The translations under genes and the position numbers were made by a program. Source: Lytechinus pictus (lineage: Eukaryota). Taken from it: a stretch of 64,000 nucleotides of DNA. The stretch spans positions 7,628,001 to 7,692,000 of the forward strand of contig NC_087246.1 in the NCBI RefSeq assembly GCF_037042905.1. Direction: 5' to 3'. The notes under the pieces were generated by a model that searched no databases, was not told the DNA's origin, and saw only the letters and a list, made by a program, of their open reading frames with translations. Positions 13,106 to 26,609 of this stretch are shown piece after piece (the first letter of the stretch is position 1; every line of letters starts with the position of its first letter).

Positions 13106-15578
13106 CTATGAATAATGTATTCAAAATGAGCAAGAAGACTCGGAGATGGACTATTGAAAAAACAAAATATAAAAAGAAGAAGATTAATATACTTGGAAGT
13201 TTACTCTTCTTTATTATTTTTACAAGAGATTTATTCCTTCCAAATAATAAAGAAAGCTACAAAAAAGTTTTCGATTGCCGACTGCACACTGCTTAAAACA
13301 TCGGTAAAATAGTCTAGGATAGGCCCCATAGAAACTTGACCAAACCTTGTTTTTTCATACATACAATATTTTTTGATGGTTTCTTGTCAATTCGAGGGTG
13401 CTGATTACGAATCTGGATGATGCCACTCGTGTAACCTTGAGCATTTCCCGCAAATTGGCAAAATCCAATATGGCCGCCAATATATGCAAATTACCTATGA
13501 AAATCATTATGAAAGATTTCTGCCTAAATGGGACAGAAAATCGTGTACAACTCTTGCACGCACACACGGGTCACGGAGTGACCCTGATTACTAACAGCTG
13601 ACTGTGTTATAACTTGGGGAGTGATACATTTTTATAATAGGGGTGATCAAACTCACTGGAGGGACTTTAATTCAATTATGACAGAGAAATGTTAACTACA
13701 GTACTCATGTTGAATGCTCTGATGAAAATTATATGTGTGTCACATTCATTTGAACGAGAGGACAAGATTATATACATCCAGTGCATTATGTGTGAAACAT
13801 ACTACCATTGCGACCCCTGCCCGGCCGATGGTTTAGGCATGACGATCCTGAGTGACGTCACCGATAGAGACCTCAAATGTCAGGAGAGCCGATTCGACAA
13901 CTAACTTCATCTAAAAAACACGTATTGAAGATAACGTCCAATGGGGAGATGGCTTTCATTTTCGTGAAATATACATTCCATTCTTCAATAAATCTTTTAC
14001 CCCGTCGTTAAAAGCCCATTCATTCTCGAGCAATGGAGAAATGAATACAGAGTGTCTCAAAGTTTGTGTGAAAAAAGGTGCATTTTCCATAGAACTTCTC
14101 CCAAAAAGCAATGCGTAAGGGAAAGATTAGTCCCAAAACACGAATAGGGATGAATCATGAAAATCAGTGAAATATAGTATCTCCTGTCCTCATTACTCAT
14201 CGACTTGATACGATTGATTTTCCCCCTCTCCATCAACTTTTAAGAAAAAGGGTGCATATTTCCATAGAAATACCATGTGTTATATCGACGGACGCCCGTC
14301 CGTGCGTGTCTCGTATTTTTCATAATGCTAAAATTGACCGCACATTGGCTATGAAATGCATAAAATCGTGTGGCAGGAGTGAAATACTCTGTGAAAAAAA
14401 TTGACAAAATATTTATTTTCGTGATATTCAAAACGGTCGCCATAGGCCATTATATATTCTATTATGTACAATATGAATAGGGAAAAGTAATTTTCACAAA
14501 AACTAGCACTAAAAAAATCGCGATGTATGAACGAAGTAATATATGCAAATCATCATTACTAACGAGATATCATTTATTATATCATATATGGGGACATTGC
14601 TGTATTTTGATATCTAAAAGCCGCCACTGGCCCAAAGAGTATTATGTACAATAGCAATGGCCGGGGCCCAAAAAATGACAAAGAGTGAACACTAAAATGC
14701 ATATTAAGATAAACGAGTGGAATACTGACTAAAAACATCATTGCCATTAATATACAATTTAAGTGAAAAATGCTGTATTTTGACATTCAAAATGGCCGCC
14801 ATAGGCCCTATATTTATCATGTACAATGCGAATGGAGAAACTAATTTTCACAAGAGTGAGAATCATAAAATGCATATAACTGTGATATACGAGAAAAAAT
14901 ATTGTCTTAAACATGATTTCTAAGTGAATACATCACATATTGGTCGTGGAGGTAATAAATGCTGTAATTTGAAATCCAAAATGGCTGCCATAGGTCCTAA
15001 AAGTATTGTGTACATTGAAACATGGGACATATAATTTTGACAGAATTTGGATTTGTTTGACTCTAAATATTGCATATAATTGTGAATTGTGAAAGGGTGA
15101 AATATTGTCTAAAACCATGGTTTCTACCGAGATATATCATATCATGTGTAATTGAGTTGATAAATGCTGCATTTTTAAATTGAAAATGGCCACCATAGGC
15201 CCTTATTGTATAATACACAATTTGAGTGGAGACAAATAATCTTCACAAAAAGGGGATATGACAGCCATTTTAAATGTTGAAATACAGTATTTATCACCTA
15301 AATTACATAGGATATGATATATTTTGTTATAAATCATGTTTTCAGACAATATTTCACTCATACGTCACCATTTGGCCAAGCAAAGCCAAATTAAAAATTG
15401 ACTTTCAAAATGGCCGCCATAGACATTAACAGTATCATGTACAATAACAGAATTTATCACCTAACTGGCAGAATAAATGATGTATCTCAATAGAAATTAT
15501 GCTTTCAGACAATATTTTACTCATATATCACTATTACGTGCATTTATGATGCTCACTCCTGTAAATATTTGTTTCCCA

Positions 15579-16945
15579 TACTGTAAAAACTGTGGTGTTG
15601 AAACTCATATGGAAAACTAGCGGACAGAATCTCCTCGCTGCACGAGCGCACCCTTATAACATGCAGAATTCCTTGCATCTTACCCTTTTTTCACAAACAA
15701 ATGTGTATCAAGGACAAGCGTTGATTCAGATAGAATTTCCGTCTCCCTGAAATGAATGTTAACAACTTCTTCTATCAGATGACCATAATTTTTTTTATTC
15801 AATGGGTGGGAAATATGGCACTTTATTACATTATAATCACTCAAAACCATCCATAGTCAGGAATATGTATCGGGATAATGGTTTTGGAGGACATTTTTAT
15901 AGTACCCGGGTGGATTATATCCGTCGTCACTTCAGTGGGTGATGGTATCAAGAATTTCCGCCCAGATTATAATAAAGGGCACATTGTAAGGCAAACACTC
16001 ATGAAAGAACCATGGAGATTGGTTAATACGGAAATAGTGCACTTTTATCGTCAAATCAGAGGAGATTTTCTTTGTGATAGTGATGTCCGAAGAGCAAACC
16101 TACACTCGACGTGTATTCAACATATAGGGCTGGACAGAGTTTTTATGTACGTCGGTGTGTTGTTCGAGTCACAGCGGTTTTCTAGCTCTTTCCATTGCAG
16201 TGCTGAACATTTTATTATGATTGTATAAATATATATACATTGTCAGTCCGAACTATAGATATAAATATATCAGATACCGTTGTTTTTGCCAACAAAAATC
16301 ATTCTTATTCTCTGAAAGTTGGATATGTCTCTGAAAACTGTGACGGGTCAATTATGTATACGAGGGGTGCATCCTAGCTTACCACTGCAAAGGTAAGTCT
16401 GAAAATTAAGTTTGGCTTATTCCTTTCACTTTATAACTACATGTATGTTTTAAATATTCAAACAACTATAATTTATGAAATCGACACAAAATATTGCGAA
16501 TCAACGCTGAAACATTATATGTGTATACAGTTTATCCCTCTGTAATGCTCCCCCCCCCCATAAAGCCACAATGGAACATTCTGCACCACTAGTCATACGA
16601 TGATCGCAAGGTCTGCAAACGTCGTCTGCTATGTTTTTACATGTCCGCTACACTGTATGCAAGTTTTCGATATGCTGACACCAATTTGTGTTAATAGAGG
16701 ACCACACCCTGAGGTGGTAAAATAACACCCTAGAGATAATAATGATAATAATACAGGTATATTTTCCCAGGGAAGCCGCTTCAGTTCCGAAAACTGTTCT
16801 CCAAGCGATTGAACATAAAACCAAAGAATGTAAATGTAACAACCATAGGTGTTGTAATAACACATATAGGTGTAAAACTAACACCGATGTAAAATAACGG
16901 GTGGGTCCTCTATGTACACCAGTTAACACCACAGTTTTTGCTGTG
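15579..16945. mobile_element. CACTA/EnSpm-like non-autonomous element with unique internal sequence
   Basis: TIRs tactgtaaaaactgtggtgtt / aacaccacagtttttgctgtg; 2-bp TSD ca (15577-78, 16946-47); removal rejoins the host repeat unit. Confidence 0.65.
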
Positions 16946-17242
16946 CACTTTGCATTGTACATGATACTGTTAATGTCTATGGCGGCCATTTTGAAAGTCA
17001 AAATACAGTATTTAACACAAACTTGAAACCTGAATGATATATTTCGTTAGAAAATGTGTTTTAGACAGTATCCCATTAATTTATATATGCATTTTAGTGC
17101 TCTCTCTTGTGATTTCTTTGCTCCTCTTTATCATTGTGCATAATACTTTTAGGGCCTTTGGCAGCAATTTTGAATATCAAAATAAAACATTCATCATATA
17201 CATGGCATATTAATAATATATTTCGTTAACAAGTATGTTTTT

Positions 17243-17379
17243 AATAATAATAATAATAATAATATAGGGTATTTATATTGCGCACATATCCACCTTGTTA
17301 GGTGCTCAAGGCGCTCCTATATTACCCGGCTAAGCTAGGCGTTCATAGCGCACACAGCTTTTTAAGGAATTACTTCCTA
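17243..17379 (-). mobile_element. 3' fragment of tRNA-derived SINE
   Basis: Reverse complement of the 32090-32200 SINE body and (ATT)n tail. Confidence 0.85.
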
Positions 17380-18129
17380 CTTCCTTTTAGTCAGTATTCA
17401 ACTTGTTTAATCTTAATCATATGCATTTTAGTGACCACTCTTGTGAATTTTTTGCCCCCATTGTCATTATACGAAATACTGTTTGGGCCAATAGCGGCTA
17501 TTTTAGATATCAAAATACGGAAATGTTCCCATATATGACATAATAAATGACATATCTCGTTAGTAAGGATGATTTGCATATATTACTTCGTTTATACATT
17601 GCGATTTTTTGCACTTTCGTGCTCATTATTGTGAAAATTAGTTTTCCCTATTCATATTGAACATAATAGAGTATACAAGGGCCTTTGGCGTTCATTTTGA
17701 ATATCAGGAAAATAAATATTTTGTCAAAAATTATTTTTTCAGAGAGTATTTCACTCCTGCCACACAATTTCATGTGTGGACAATTTTAGGATTTTCAGGG
17801 GTAATTTGTATATTTTGGCGGCCATATTGGATTTTGCCAATTTGCGGAAAATGTTCAAGGTTACACGAGTGACATCATCCAGATTCGTAATCAGCACCCT
17901 CGAATTGACAAGAAACCATAAAAAAATATTGTATTTATAAAAAAAAACAAGGTTATGCCTCTTCTATCCTGGGCTAAAAATCGATCGAAGTGGTGTCTTA
18001 CAAAAGTCTTTTATTGACGACATACAATCAGTGAATAGTTTTTAGTATAGTCCACGTACGTGAACCGCCTATGATATGTATCATCTCAGCGGAGCCCACC
18101 ATTATAAAAGCCCTCTCGCTGTAGGTCGC

Positions 18130-19320
18130 CTAGCAATCTTGTTAGCGACGCTTGTGAGCACCGTCATTTTCACTCTCCAAAATGTATGGGATATTAAAAT
18201 CCTAAAAACTAATGGAATCGTTAAAATTTAGTTAACTATGAATGTTTATCACTTACATTGACTATCGGTGTATCAAGCTATATCGAATTTACAAGCAAAT
18301 GTGGATAAAGTTTCGAATTACCAGTAATTTTGATGAGTGATACAATATACCAAACAATTATAAAAATATAGCGTAAATTTTATATAGCATTTCAATATCT
18401 TAATAACTTTTCATTGTTTTTAAAAACATCTTATTACATTAATTAGAATTTTACCCGGACTGATAACGTTGGTAGGCTATTTTCTCCATCACTTATAAGG
18501 AAATGTCAGGCCTTCGAAATCAGGTTAAGTTTTGTTATATTTCTAAAAGAAAATTGTTAGATTCGACCTACTATACCATTGTTCCCCGAAGAAGGGTTAT
18601 CATCTCATATAATGTTGTGTAAATGACACATAACAATAAATCTTACGAGTGTAGCAATCCATGTTGGATAACATTTCTCAGGATGAGTTTCGTAATGAGC
18701 AGAATAATTAAGTTCATTCTTAGCACGCGAGCCGCAGAATGATAAATTTTAACGTGTGCAGACAGAGCTGATCGCCTTGGCTGTCCGTTCAGATTATTCA
18801 GTACGATACCGAAATAAGGTGGTATATTCCACGTACCCTTTCCCCTTGCATTGAACACTGTGCAGTTTTAATGTTTAATTTTGATGATTTTGATATCTGT
18901 GAAATAAATAGTTTACCGATATCTAAAAATGCTTGGAATATACCTGACACATAAATTATTTCATTTTCGGTAATTTTTATTTCTTTCCTGAATTACAAAA
19001 AGTCAAACTGATGTCAAGAATGTGTACCATTGACCGTATAGTTAAAAACTACATTATCAAGGTTTGGGAAATATCTTGTTAAGTTTGCCCAATGTCATCA
19101 GTATCTAACCGTATATGTTAAACAGAAAATATAGAACAGCTTTATATTTTGTATAATTCCACGACCACCTCCACTATCATGCGACATATGAAACCGACTT
19201 GCATGGCCGCCGGGGGTGGGGTACTCAAATTATTTGTTAAAATCAAAGTTATAGCAATTTTATAGAACTGCAATATGACTATTACCATACTATCGTGATA
19301 GTGACTTGTAATCATGGTGA
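18130..19320 (+). repeat. Left arm of a diverged ~1.2-kb inverted repeat (partner 25250-26430)
   Basis: gatattaaaatcctaaaaac, ccttcgaaatcaggttaa, ggtggtatattccacgtacc and tttgttaaaatcaaagt all occur reverse-complemented and in order in 25250-26430. Confidence 0.8.
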
Positions 19321-19789
19321 GTAAAAAGGGTTAAGATAGATTCGGGGAGGGTTCGATGAGGGATACTAAAGAATTAAGGGGCCAAAAGGAGATTGCAGGC
19401 CGGTAGAATGACAGAGGGTCAAATAATAATAGGGTAAGTTTTATTGGAGGAGAGTTTGACCATAGCAGAATGGAAGGAATAATATGAGACGGTGGAATTT
19501 AGATTGGTAGAGCTGATCGTTTTGAAATTGAAATTGAAACTTTATTTACCACAATCTTCATAAAAAACATACAAATCAAGTATAAATATTTCAATAAAAT
19601 ACATTATAACAAAAAAATAGTGTTTTTAAGAATAGTGGAAGGATCACTGAAAAGTTACAAGGAACTTATAAGTTAGTGATCCTGAAATTAACACAAAACA
19701 ACACAATTAAGAAACAAATGCAGTCAGGAAATATAGAACAAACATAACAAAAGTATACAATTGTATCTATATCAGTATTAATATTAGTA

Positions 19790-22724
19790 TTATACTTTCT
19801 GCATAAAATGTATTTTTAAATGTCTTTTAAAGCTTTGAAGGGTTTTGCACTGCTTGATATTTTGAGGGATCTTATTCCAAATAATGGGACCCCTACATAA
19901 AAATATGTTATTTGAGAAAGAATAATGGCCATATATTGCACGAGTATCAGCTGAGTTTCTAGTATTATATGTATGTATATCTCTATTGGTTTGAAAAATG
20001 TTGTCAAAATTATTAGGCAAAAGGTTGTTATAATAGGAATACATAAAAACAGATAATTGAAAATCATGTAGTAAAGAAATTGGGAGTATTTTTAATTTTA
20101 AGAAAAGAGGTCTGCTATGACTTAAATAGGGTTTATGGCATATTATACGAACTGCTCTCTTTTGAAGAAGAAAGATGCGGTTCAGTAAGTGTTGCTTGCA
20201 GGATCCCCAAACTATATTGCAATAAGATATGTAAGGTAAAATCAATGAATTATACAATGTAAGAAGAATGTTTTGTGGTAAAATGTCTTTAAGTTTACTC
20301 ATTATTCCTATTGTTTTGGAAACTTTCCTTAAGACCTCATAAACATGTGTCTTCCATTTTAAATCCTTGTCTATACTAATTCCTAAAAATTGTGTAGTAT
20401 TTACATGTTGGATTAAGTTGCCAGTAATATATATATTTACTTCTTTTGCACTATTTTTTGGAGCATTGAACAGCATTACATGGGTCTTTTCATAATTAAG
20501 TTGTAATTTATTCGCTTCAACCCATTTGCTGACATTTGAAAGTTCAGAGTTAAAGTTTTGAGTAAGACATTCCACATCACTGTGTTTATAGAATATATTG
20601 GTGTCGTCTGCAAATAACAAACAATTTAATAGTGGAGATACTGAATTTAAATCATTGATGTAAATCAAAAAAAGTATGGGACCGAGGATTGATCCTTGCG
20701 GAATACCGCAAGAAACAGTTTGATAATTAGAATTTATAGAATTGAACACTGTAAATTGTTTACGGTTACTCAAATAACTGTGAAATAAATTTAAAGTAAC
20801 ACCACGGATTCCATAATGAAAAAGTTTTTTTTTAAGTATTTTGTGATTTATGGAATCAAATGCTTTTTTAAAGTCTAAAAACAGTCCAATAATAATATCT
20901 TTGTTTTCAATTGCTTTAGATACACTCATTAAAAAATCTAAGATAGCATGATGAGTGGAATGTCCAGCTCTGAAACCAAACTGTTTATTACTAAGAATTT
21001 TGTTTTTATCAAGGAAGTTTTGAAGTCGTGTATAGATGCATCTTTCAAAAATTTTCGAAAATAGTGGCAGTAAGGAAATAGGTCTATAATTTGTAAATAA
21101 ATCTTTTGGTCTTTTTTTATGTATAGGAATAATTTTAGCAACTTTCAGACCTTGAGGTACAATACCCTTTTCAATACATAAATTAAAAATACTGCAAAGT
21201 GGTTTAGAAATAACATGTATAACTCTTTTGACAACAGTGCAATCAATAGAGTCAAAACCAGGAGCTTTTCCATTTTTGAAAGATAAAACAATATTAATTA
21301 TTTCTTTTTCTGTAATAGGTAAAAAATAAGCTGTATAGGGACAACTTTTACCCAAGAATGATTCAAAGTTGTTGCAAGTGTTACTATTATTCATTCCAGC
21401 TATTTCATGACCAATGTTCTTAAAGTAATCATTGAAACCTTCAGCAATATTCTTGGATTCACTTATAAGTGAACCGTTACATTGAAATACAGATGTGTTT
21501 TTATGGAGTCTTTTTCTTTGTAACAGATCATTAATTGTTTTCCATGTTTTATTAATGTATCCTTTAAACATATGAAACTTAGAAAAGTAGTAATCTCTTT
21601 TTGCATCTCGTATTTGTTTTGTATAAGAATTTCGAAATTTAGTATAACATTCTTTTCTGTGTGACGTAGGATTTTTAATATACCTTTTATATAAATTATT
21701 TTTTTTAGAACACATCTGTTTGAGTTTTTTGTTAAACCATGGTTTATGATTTTTCTTTATTTTTAATCTTCTGAGAGGAAAACATTTATAATAAGTCTCA
21801 GAAAAAACTCCATGAAATGTTTATACATATAATTTGGCTCTTCCTGATATCTGCAAAGCAGATTATCAAAATCAGTTGAAGATAAAACATTCAAAAAACA
21901 GTCAATATTGATATCATTAATTTGATGTTTATATGTAACAGGTTCATCTTCATATATACCTTTAAAATCAATCATGGCAAATATTGGCAAATGATCAGAT
22001 ATGTCACAGGTTAGTATTCCTGTGGAAATATTGCACATAGTATTTGTAAATAAATTGTCAATCAATGAAGCTGTGGAGTTGGTTATTCTTGTTGGTTTTG
22101 TAATACAAGGAAAAAAGCAATATGAGTAAAATAATTCAAGCAACTCATTACAAGAACTCTGTACATCCAATTTCATTAAATCAATATTAAAATCTCCAAG
22201 AAATATACATTCTTTTTTCTCATTATGAACTGTAGACAAAATATTACCTAAAGTATCCATAAAATGTGCATGTGATTGATCAGGTGGTCTATAGAAGACA
22301 CCAACAATAATGTTCTTTCCTGGTTTTAAAATTTCAATAAAAAGGCTTTCACAATAACAATTGAATACTGAGATGTCATTACGCATGATGTATCTTACAT
22401 CATTTCTAATGGCAAATGCAACTCCTCTCCTCCTTTTCTATTATTTCTTGATTTACTTTCAGTCTTATATCCATCGATATTAAATTCACCTTTTTTACCA
22501 TTGTCCAACCATGTTTCAGTAAATGCTAAAAGACCAAAAGAATTATTTAAATGTGACAGTAGTGATGTTATATCATCATAGTGTTTTGGCAAGCTACGGC
22601 AATTTAAATGTAGGAGTGAAAAACCATGTGTTTTACCTGAGTTTTCATTTGAAAAGTCTTCTGGTGTTACATATATACAGTCATTATCAGCCTCTTCCTG
22701 CAATATATAACTCTCATCGTTCAC
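19790..22724 (-). pseudogene. LINE ORF2: AP endonuclease + reverse transcriptase, two frameshifts
   Basis: HLNCRSL, FTETWL, GVFYRPP, GDFNIDL, IDNLFTN, SDHLPIF (EN); KAPGFD, NYRPISLLP, QFGFR, DFKKAFDSI, PQGSILGP, FADD (RT). Split over ORFs 22395-22724, 21763-22386 and 19790-21715. Confidence 0.93.
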
Positions 22725-23126
22725 AATAGGTATAGACAGAGCAGAATGCTAAGTACATCTAACAGTGACATTATAATTATGTGTCTAAGAGTAAAACAAC
22801 AGGAAAAGGATGTAAAAATGCAGTGCAAATATTGTATAATAGAGACATCAAACCTTAATCTTTTAGTAACAAATAGTGATGGTATGCAGAATTGGTAGCA
22901 TACGTAAAGACTAAAACAACAGCGATATGAATACATTGCAGTATCTGGGGGAACAGTCATAAAATCAATCTCTTAAATTACAAGTCCAGAATACATGTAA
23001 GAGATTATTACAAAATGTTTTGATTTTTTGATAAATTGAGTAGGGAATCAAAGATTGCCAGTGAATACCTGCATAATAATAAAGGTAGGATTTATACTAG
23101 GAAAGCAAGATGAGGCATTTGAAGAG

Positions 23127-23966
23127 TCACTGTGTCAGACGGGCAAGATCTGCTTCTGTAGAAATGACAAGTGTTACTGTCTTGCCACCACTTGCTTTAA
23201 CTTGGGCAAAGATTCTTCCATCATAGGTCCATGCATTAAGAACATTGTTGTTAGTCATCTTCACACTTTTGTAGACTTTACGGTACAGCGATTGATTTTT
23301 CATAGTCAGGTCTTCTTGTATGGATATGCGTGATCCTTTCAACTTTCTGCGTGATGAAATGACCTGCTTTCTCACACGATAGCTACAGAACTTAACTATC
23401 AGTGCGCGATGTTTACCAGGATCTGGATCCGTCTCTCCTACGCGATGACATCTTTCGATGTCAGCTGACGTTACGTTGAGCTTCAATCGCTTCTGGAATA
23501 CATCAGTGGCAAGTTGGTCAGGATTCTCTCCTCGAGTCTCGGGGATTCCAAAAATCCTGACACAGTTGCGGCGGGAATACTGCTCAAGATCGTTGTTCGC
23601 TCTCTTCAGGGTATCCAGCTGCTCCTGTTGTGACTGCACAATGTTTTGAAGCTTCTCCATGACCTTCTGGTTCTCCTCCATCTTAACTTCCAGTACATGT
23701 ATGAAACCTCGATTTTCCTCTGTGTAGTCTACAAGTCGTTGGTGCGTAGCATCTACAATTGATTGTATCATCAATTTTATCCTGTCTAGAAATGAGGAAT
23801 TAGTTAGTAGATCATTCATTACAGTTGTAACTATAGACTCTGTACTATGCGATGCCGTCGGTGAATATAGATTTTCCTCAATGTGTGCTTTTTCTGGAGT
23901 CCCACTCTCTAGCTCTTCATGGGTATCCGAAGATGTTCCAGTCTTTTTCTTTTTTGTTTTAGTCAT
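23127..23966 (-). CDS. LINE ORF1 protein (coiled coil + RRM/CTD, Transposase_22-like)
   Basis: Intact 279 aa; LEQYSRRNCVRIFGIPE, DIERCHRVG, RALIVKF, ISIQEDLT, NAWTYDGRIF. Confidence 0.9.
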   Translation of the reverse strand: MTKTKKKKTGTSSDTHEELESGTPEKAHIEENLYSPTASHSTESIVTTVMNDLLTNSSFLDRIKLMIQSIVDATHQRLVDYTEENRGFIHVLEVKMEENQKVMEKLQNIVQSQQEQLDTLKRANNDLEQYSRRNCVRIFGIPETRGENPDQLATDVFQKRLKLNVTSADIERCHRVGETDPDPGKHRALIVKFCSYRVRKQVISSRRKLKGSRISIQEDLTMKNQSLYRKVYKSVKMTNNNVLNAWTYDGRIFAQVKASGGKTVTLVISTEADLARLTQ

Positions 23967-25249
23967 ATTGAACGAATGTACATGAAGAACAGTAGATATT
24001 TATATATATATATATGGCAAGATAGATCGGCAGAAGATTAAAATCGTAGATTAAAGTGGAGAGTCTAATTTCTATAAGTCTCTGCAGAATGACTAACAGC
24101 CGATGTAGCCTACATGTACATCTACGCTCAGTGGGTAATGCACACACAGAAGTCAATATGTGGGACACGTAAGAAGATCACATAACGGAAGCACAGTACA
24201 GACAGTTAAAAAGCATATATCATCATACCAGTTAGTTGCTGAAATTATTTCGGAGGTTCCTGGCAGTTGATTCAACAGGATATTTACATTATCAGAAGTA
24301 TAAAAAGCGATGAGAAATGAGAAAAAGAGGAATCTTTGGAGGATCTAATCAAACATGTCGTCGCGGTTGGTATCTTCCTGGACTTCAAAAAGAGATATAA
24401 AATGTCACAAACGCAAAAACAGAGAAAGAGAGAACAGGGAGATACATTAGGAGGAAAACAGAAGCCCTTGCAATAAAAATATATCAACAGGCACTTGTCT
24501 GGGGCGAAAGTGAGACGTGATTATAACTTATTCACCCTCCTACCTCCACTCCCTAGTCAATCTTGGTAGCAGAGACCCCGATCAGATGATTGATAAAAAA
24601 TGGGCTAATGGGACCCGCAGAAAAATATTGACTGATTGTTTGATAAATTTATTTATTTAGCCAATACATATAGTCACCAAAACAAAATACAGTAGCATTA
24701 AAATCCGTCATCTTGAACAGGACAGCTCGAAAACTTATAGTAGGGTCCTCATATTGTATAGAAGTATAATTAAGATAAAATGTATAATGAGACCGTGACG
24801 ATAAACAACATGAATTAATACTAGAAAATAAAGAAGATAAAGAGATGGTATATACAGAAGAAGAGGAAGGAGGAGACGGTTTAAGGTGTCTCAAGCGGAT
24901 CGGGAGAAAGGGGGGGGGGGGGTCCTGTTCCCACTCTCTTCCAAATAGCCTCGACCTCAAGGGCCTGTCGTAGGGAAGGCCACGCATTGGCGTAAATCCC
25001 GGGAAGTGCGTGGGAATAGGTCTATATACCTCCCCCCTTCACTTTTGGGGAGAGAGCCGAAAGGCCTCTCCAATATTCCCTCCGTTTTCAACACAGAAAC
25101 TACATTTTCTTTCATTCTTAAGATTTATAAACTAATGTGTGTGTTTTTTCCTTTTTATAGGTGCTTAAATTGCATGGCCGAGTCTTAAAACGATACATTT
25201 CTCGCAAAGCATGCAAAGTGGCCATTAGCCCGGGTCATTACGAAATCCC

Positions 25250-26430
25250 ATGTTTTGCTTTCTTGCAATGGTTATAGGGCCTATCACGAGAGCCTGGTAA
25301 TATCGCAGTTGTATGATGATTCAAAATTGTTGTAAATATTGGTATTACTTTGATTTTAACAAACCAGGAGCCACCAGGTCGGCTTCATGTCCCATAAGTT
25401 CGTGGAGGCGACCGTGGAATCTACAAAATATACAGTTATTCTATATTTTCTGTTTAACATACAGTAAGATACTGATGACACGATATAACCTTGACAATTC
25501 TATCATTTTAACTATACAATCAATGTTACACATTCTTGACCTGTAATATTGACTCTTTTTAATTCATGCAGGAAAGAAATATTAATTCTCGAAAATGAAA
25601 TAATTTATGTGTCAGGTATATTCTGAGCATTTTTAGAGATCGGTATTTCACAGATTGAGTATCAAAATGAAGCACTATAAGACTTAACAATGGTCATTGC
25701 AAGGGGACAAGGTACGTGGAATATACCACCCGACACTAGCATGACTAGTGTGGGACTAGATAATCCCGTGCGACACACCAGGGGATCTACCCCTTCTGCG
25801 CACGCTAAAATTTATCATTCTGTTTCATTCTCTTCATTGAGAAACTCATCCTAAAAAATGTTATCTAACATGGATTACTACACTCCTAAAATTTATTGCA
25901 ATGTATCATTTATACAACATTATGAGATGATAGCCCTCCTTCGGGCGAACAGTTGGTATAGTAGTTCGAATCTAACAATATTCTTTTAGAAATATAACAA
26001 AAATTAACCTGATTTCGAAGGTCTGCCATTTCCTCATAAAGTCGAGAAACAGTAATCTATCAACGTTATCAGTTCGGGAAAAATATATTGAATGTAATAT
26101 GATTTTTTTTTTAAACAATGAGAAACTATGAAGATATTGAAAATAAGGATTTTGAAATGCTATATAAAATTTACGCTATATTCTCATACATTTTGGCACT
26201 TTGTATCACTCATCAAAATGGCTGATAATTCAGATAAGATAGATAGATAGATAACCGACACTTGCTGGTAAATTCGGTATGAGTTTGTACATCGTAAGTC
26301 AATGTAAATGATGAACATTCATAGCCTTACTAAATTTTAAGGATTCCATTGGTTTTTAGGATTTTAATATCGCAGAAATTATGGAGAGTGAGCAAAACGA
26401 TGCTAACAGGCGTTGCTAACATGGTTGCTA
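25250..26430 (-). repeat. Right arm of the ~1.2-kb inverted repeat (partner 18130-19320)
   Basis: Collinear reverse-complement matches listed for the left arm. Confidence 0.8.
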
Positions 26431-26609
26431 GGCGCGGAAATCCGATTTATATCCGCCCAATTTTAACGCCGAGTTGGAGGGATTAACGTACGTGAGTCCG
26501 AGAGCAAAATTCAAACGGGCCCTATTTAAGGAGTTCGTACAATGACCCACACCACAGAAAAGACTTGAAACTAGCGGGAGATTGTATGACCGCTCTAGAT
26601 TATTATTGT

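Larger units (their letters stand above)
13310..17976. mobile_element. Academ-like DNA transposon derivative with long TIRs and a PHD-finger remnant
   Basis: Termini TAGTCTAGGATAG / CTATCCTGGGCTA flanked by aaa(a). 13345-13495 is the reverse complement of 17800-17950, and 14360-14600 of 17520-17770. IIYIQCIMCETYYHC at about 13765-13810. Confidence 0.75.
19520..24170 (-). mobile_element. Near full-length L2/Crack-group LINE (ORF1 + ORF2); 5' end approximate
   Basis: ORF1 and EN-RT ORF2 in order; 3' hairpin ggatcact..agtgatcc and (TTTCAA)n tail at about 19520-19540. Confidence 0.92.

Noticed and set aside
24229..24382. Minus-strand signal-peptide exon (MFD*ILQRFLFFSFLIAF)
   Set aside because: Stop at codon 4, lies inside a repeat element, and the hydrophobicity is the antisense of purine-rich sequence.
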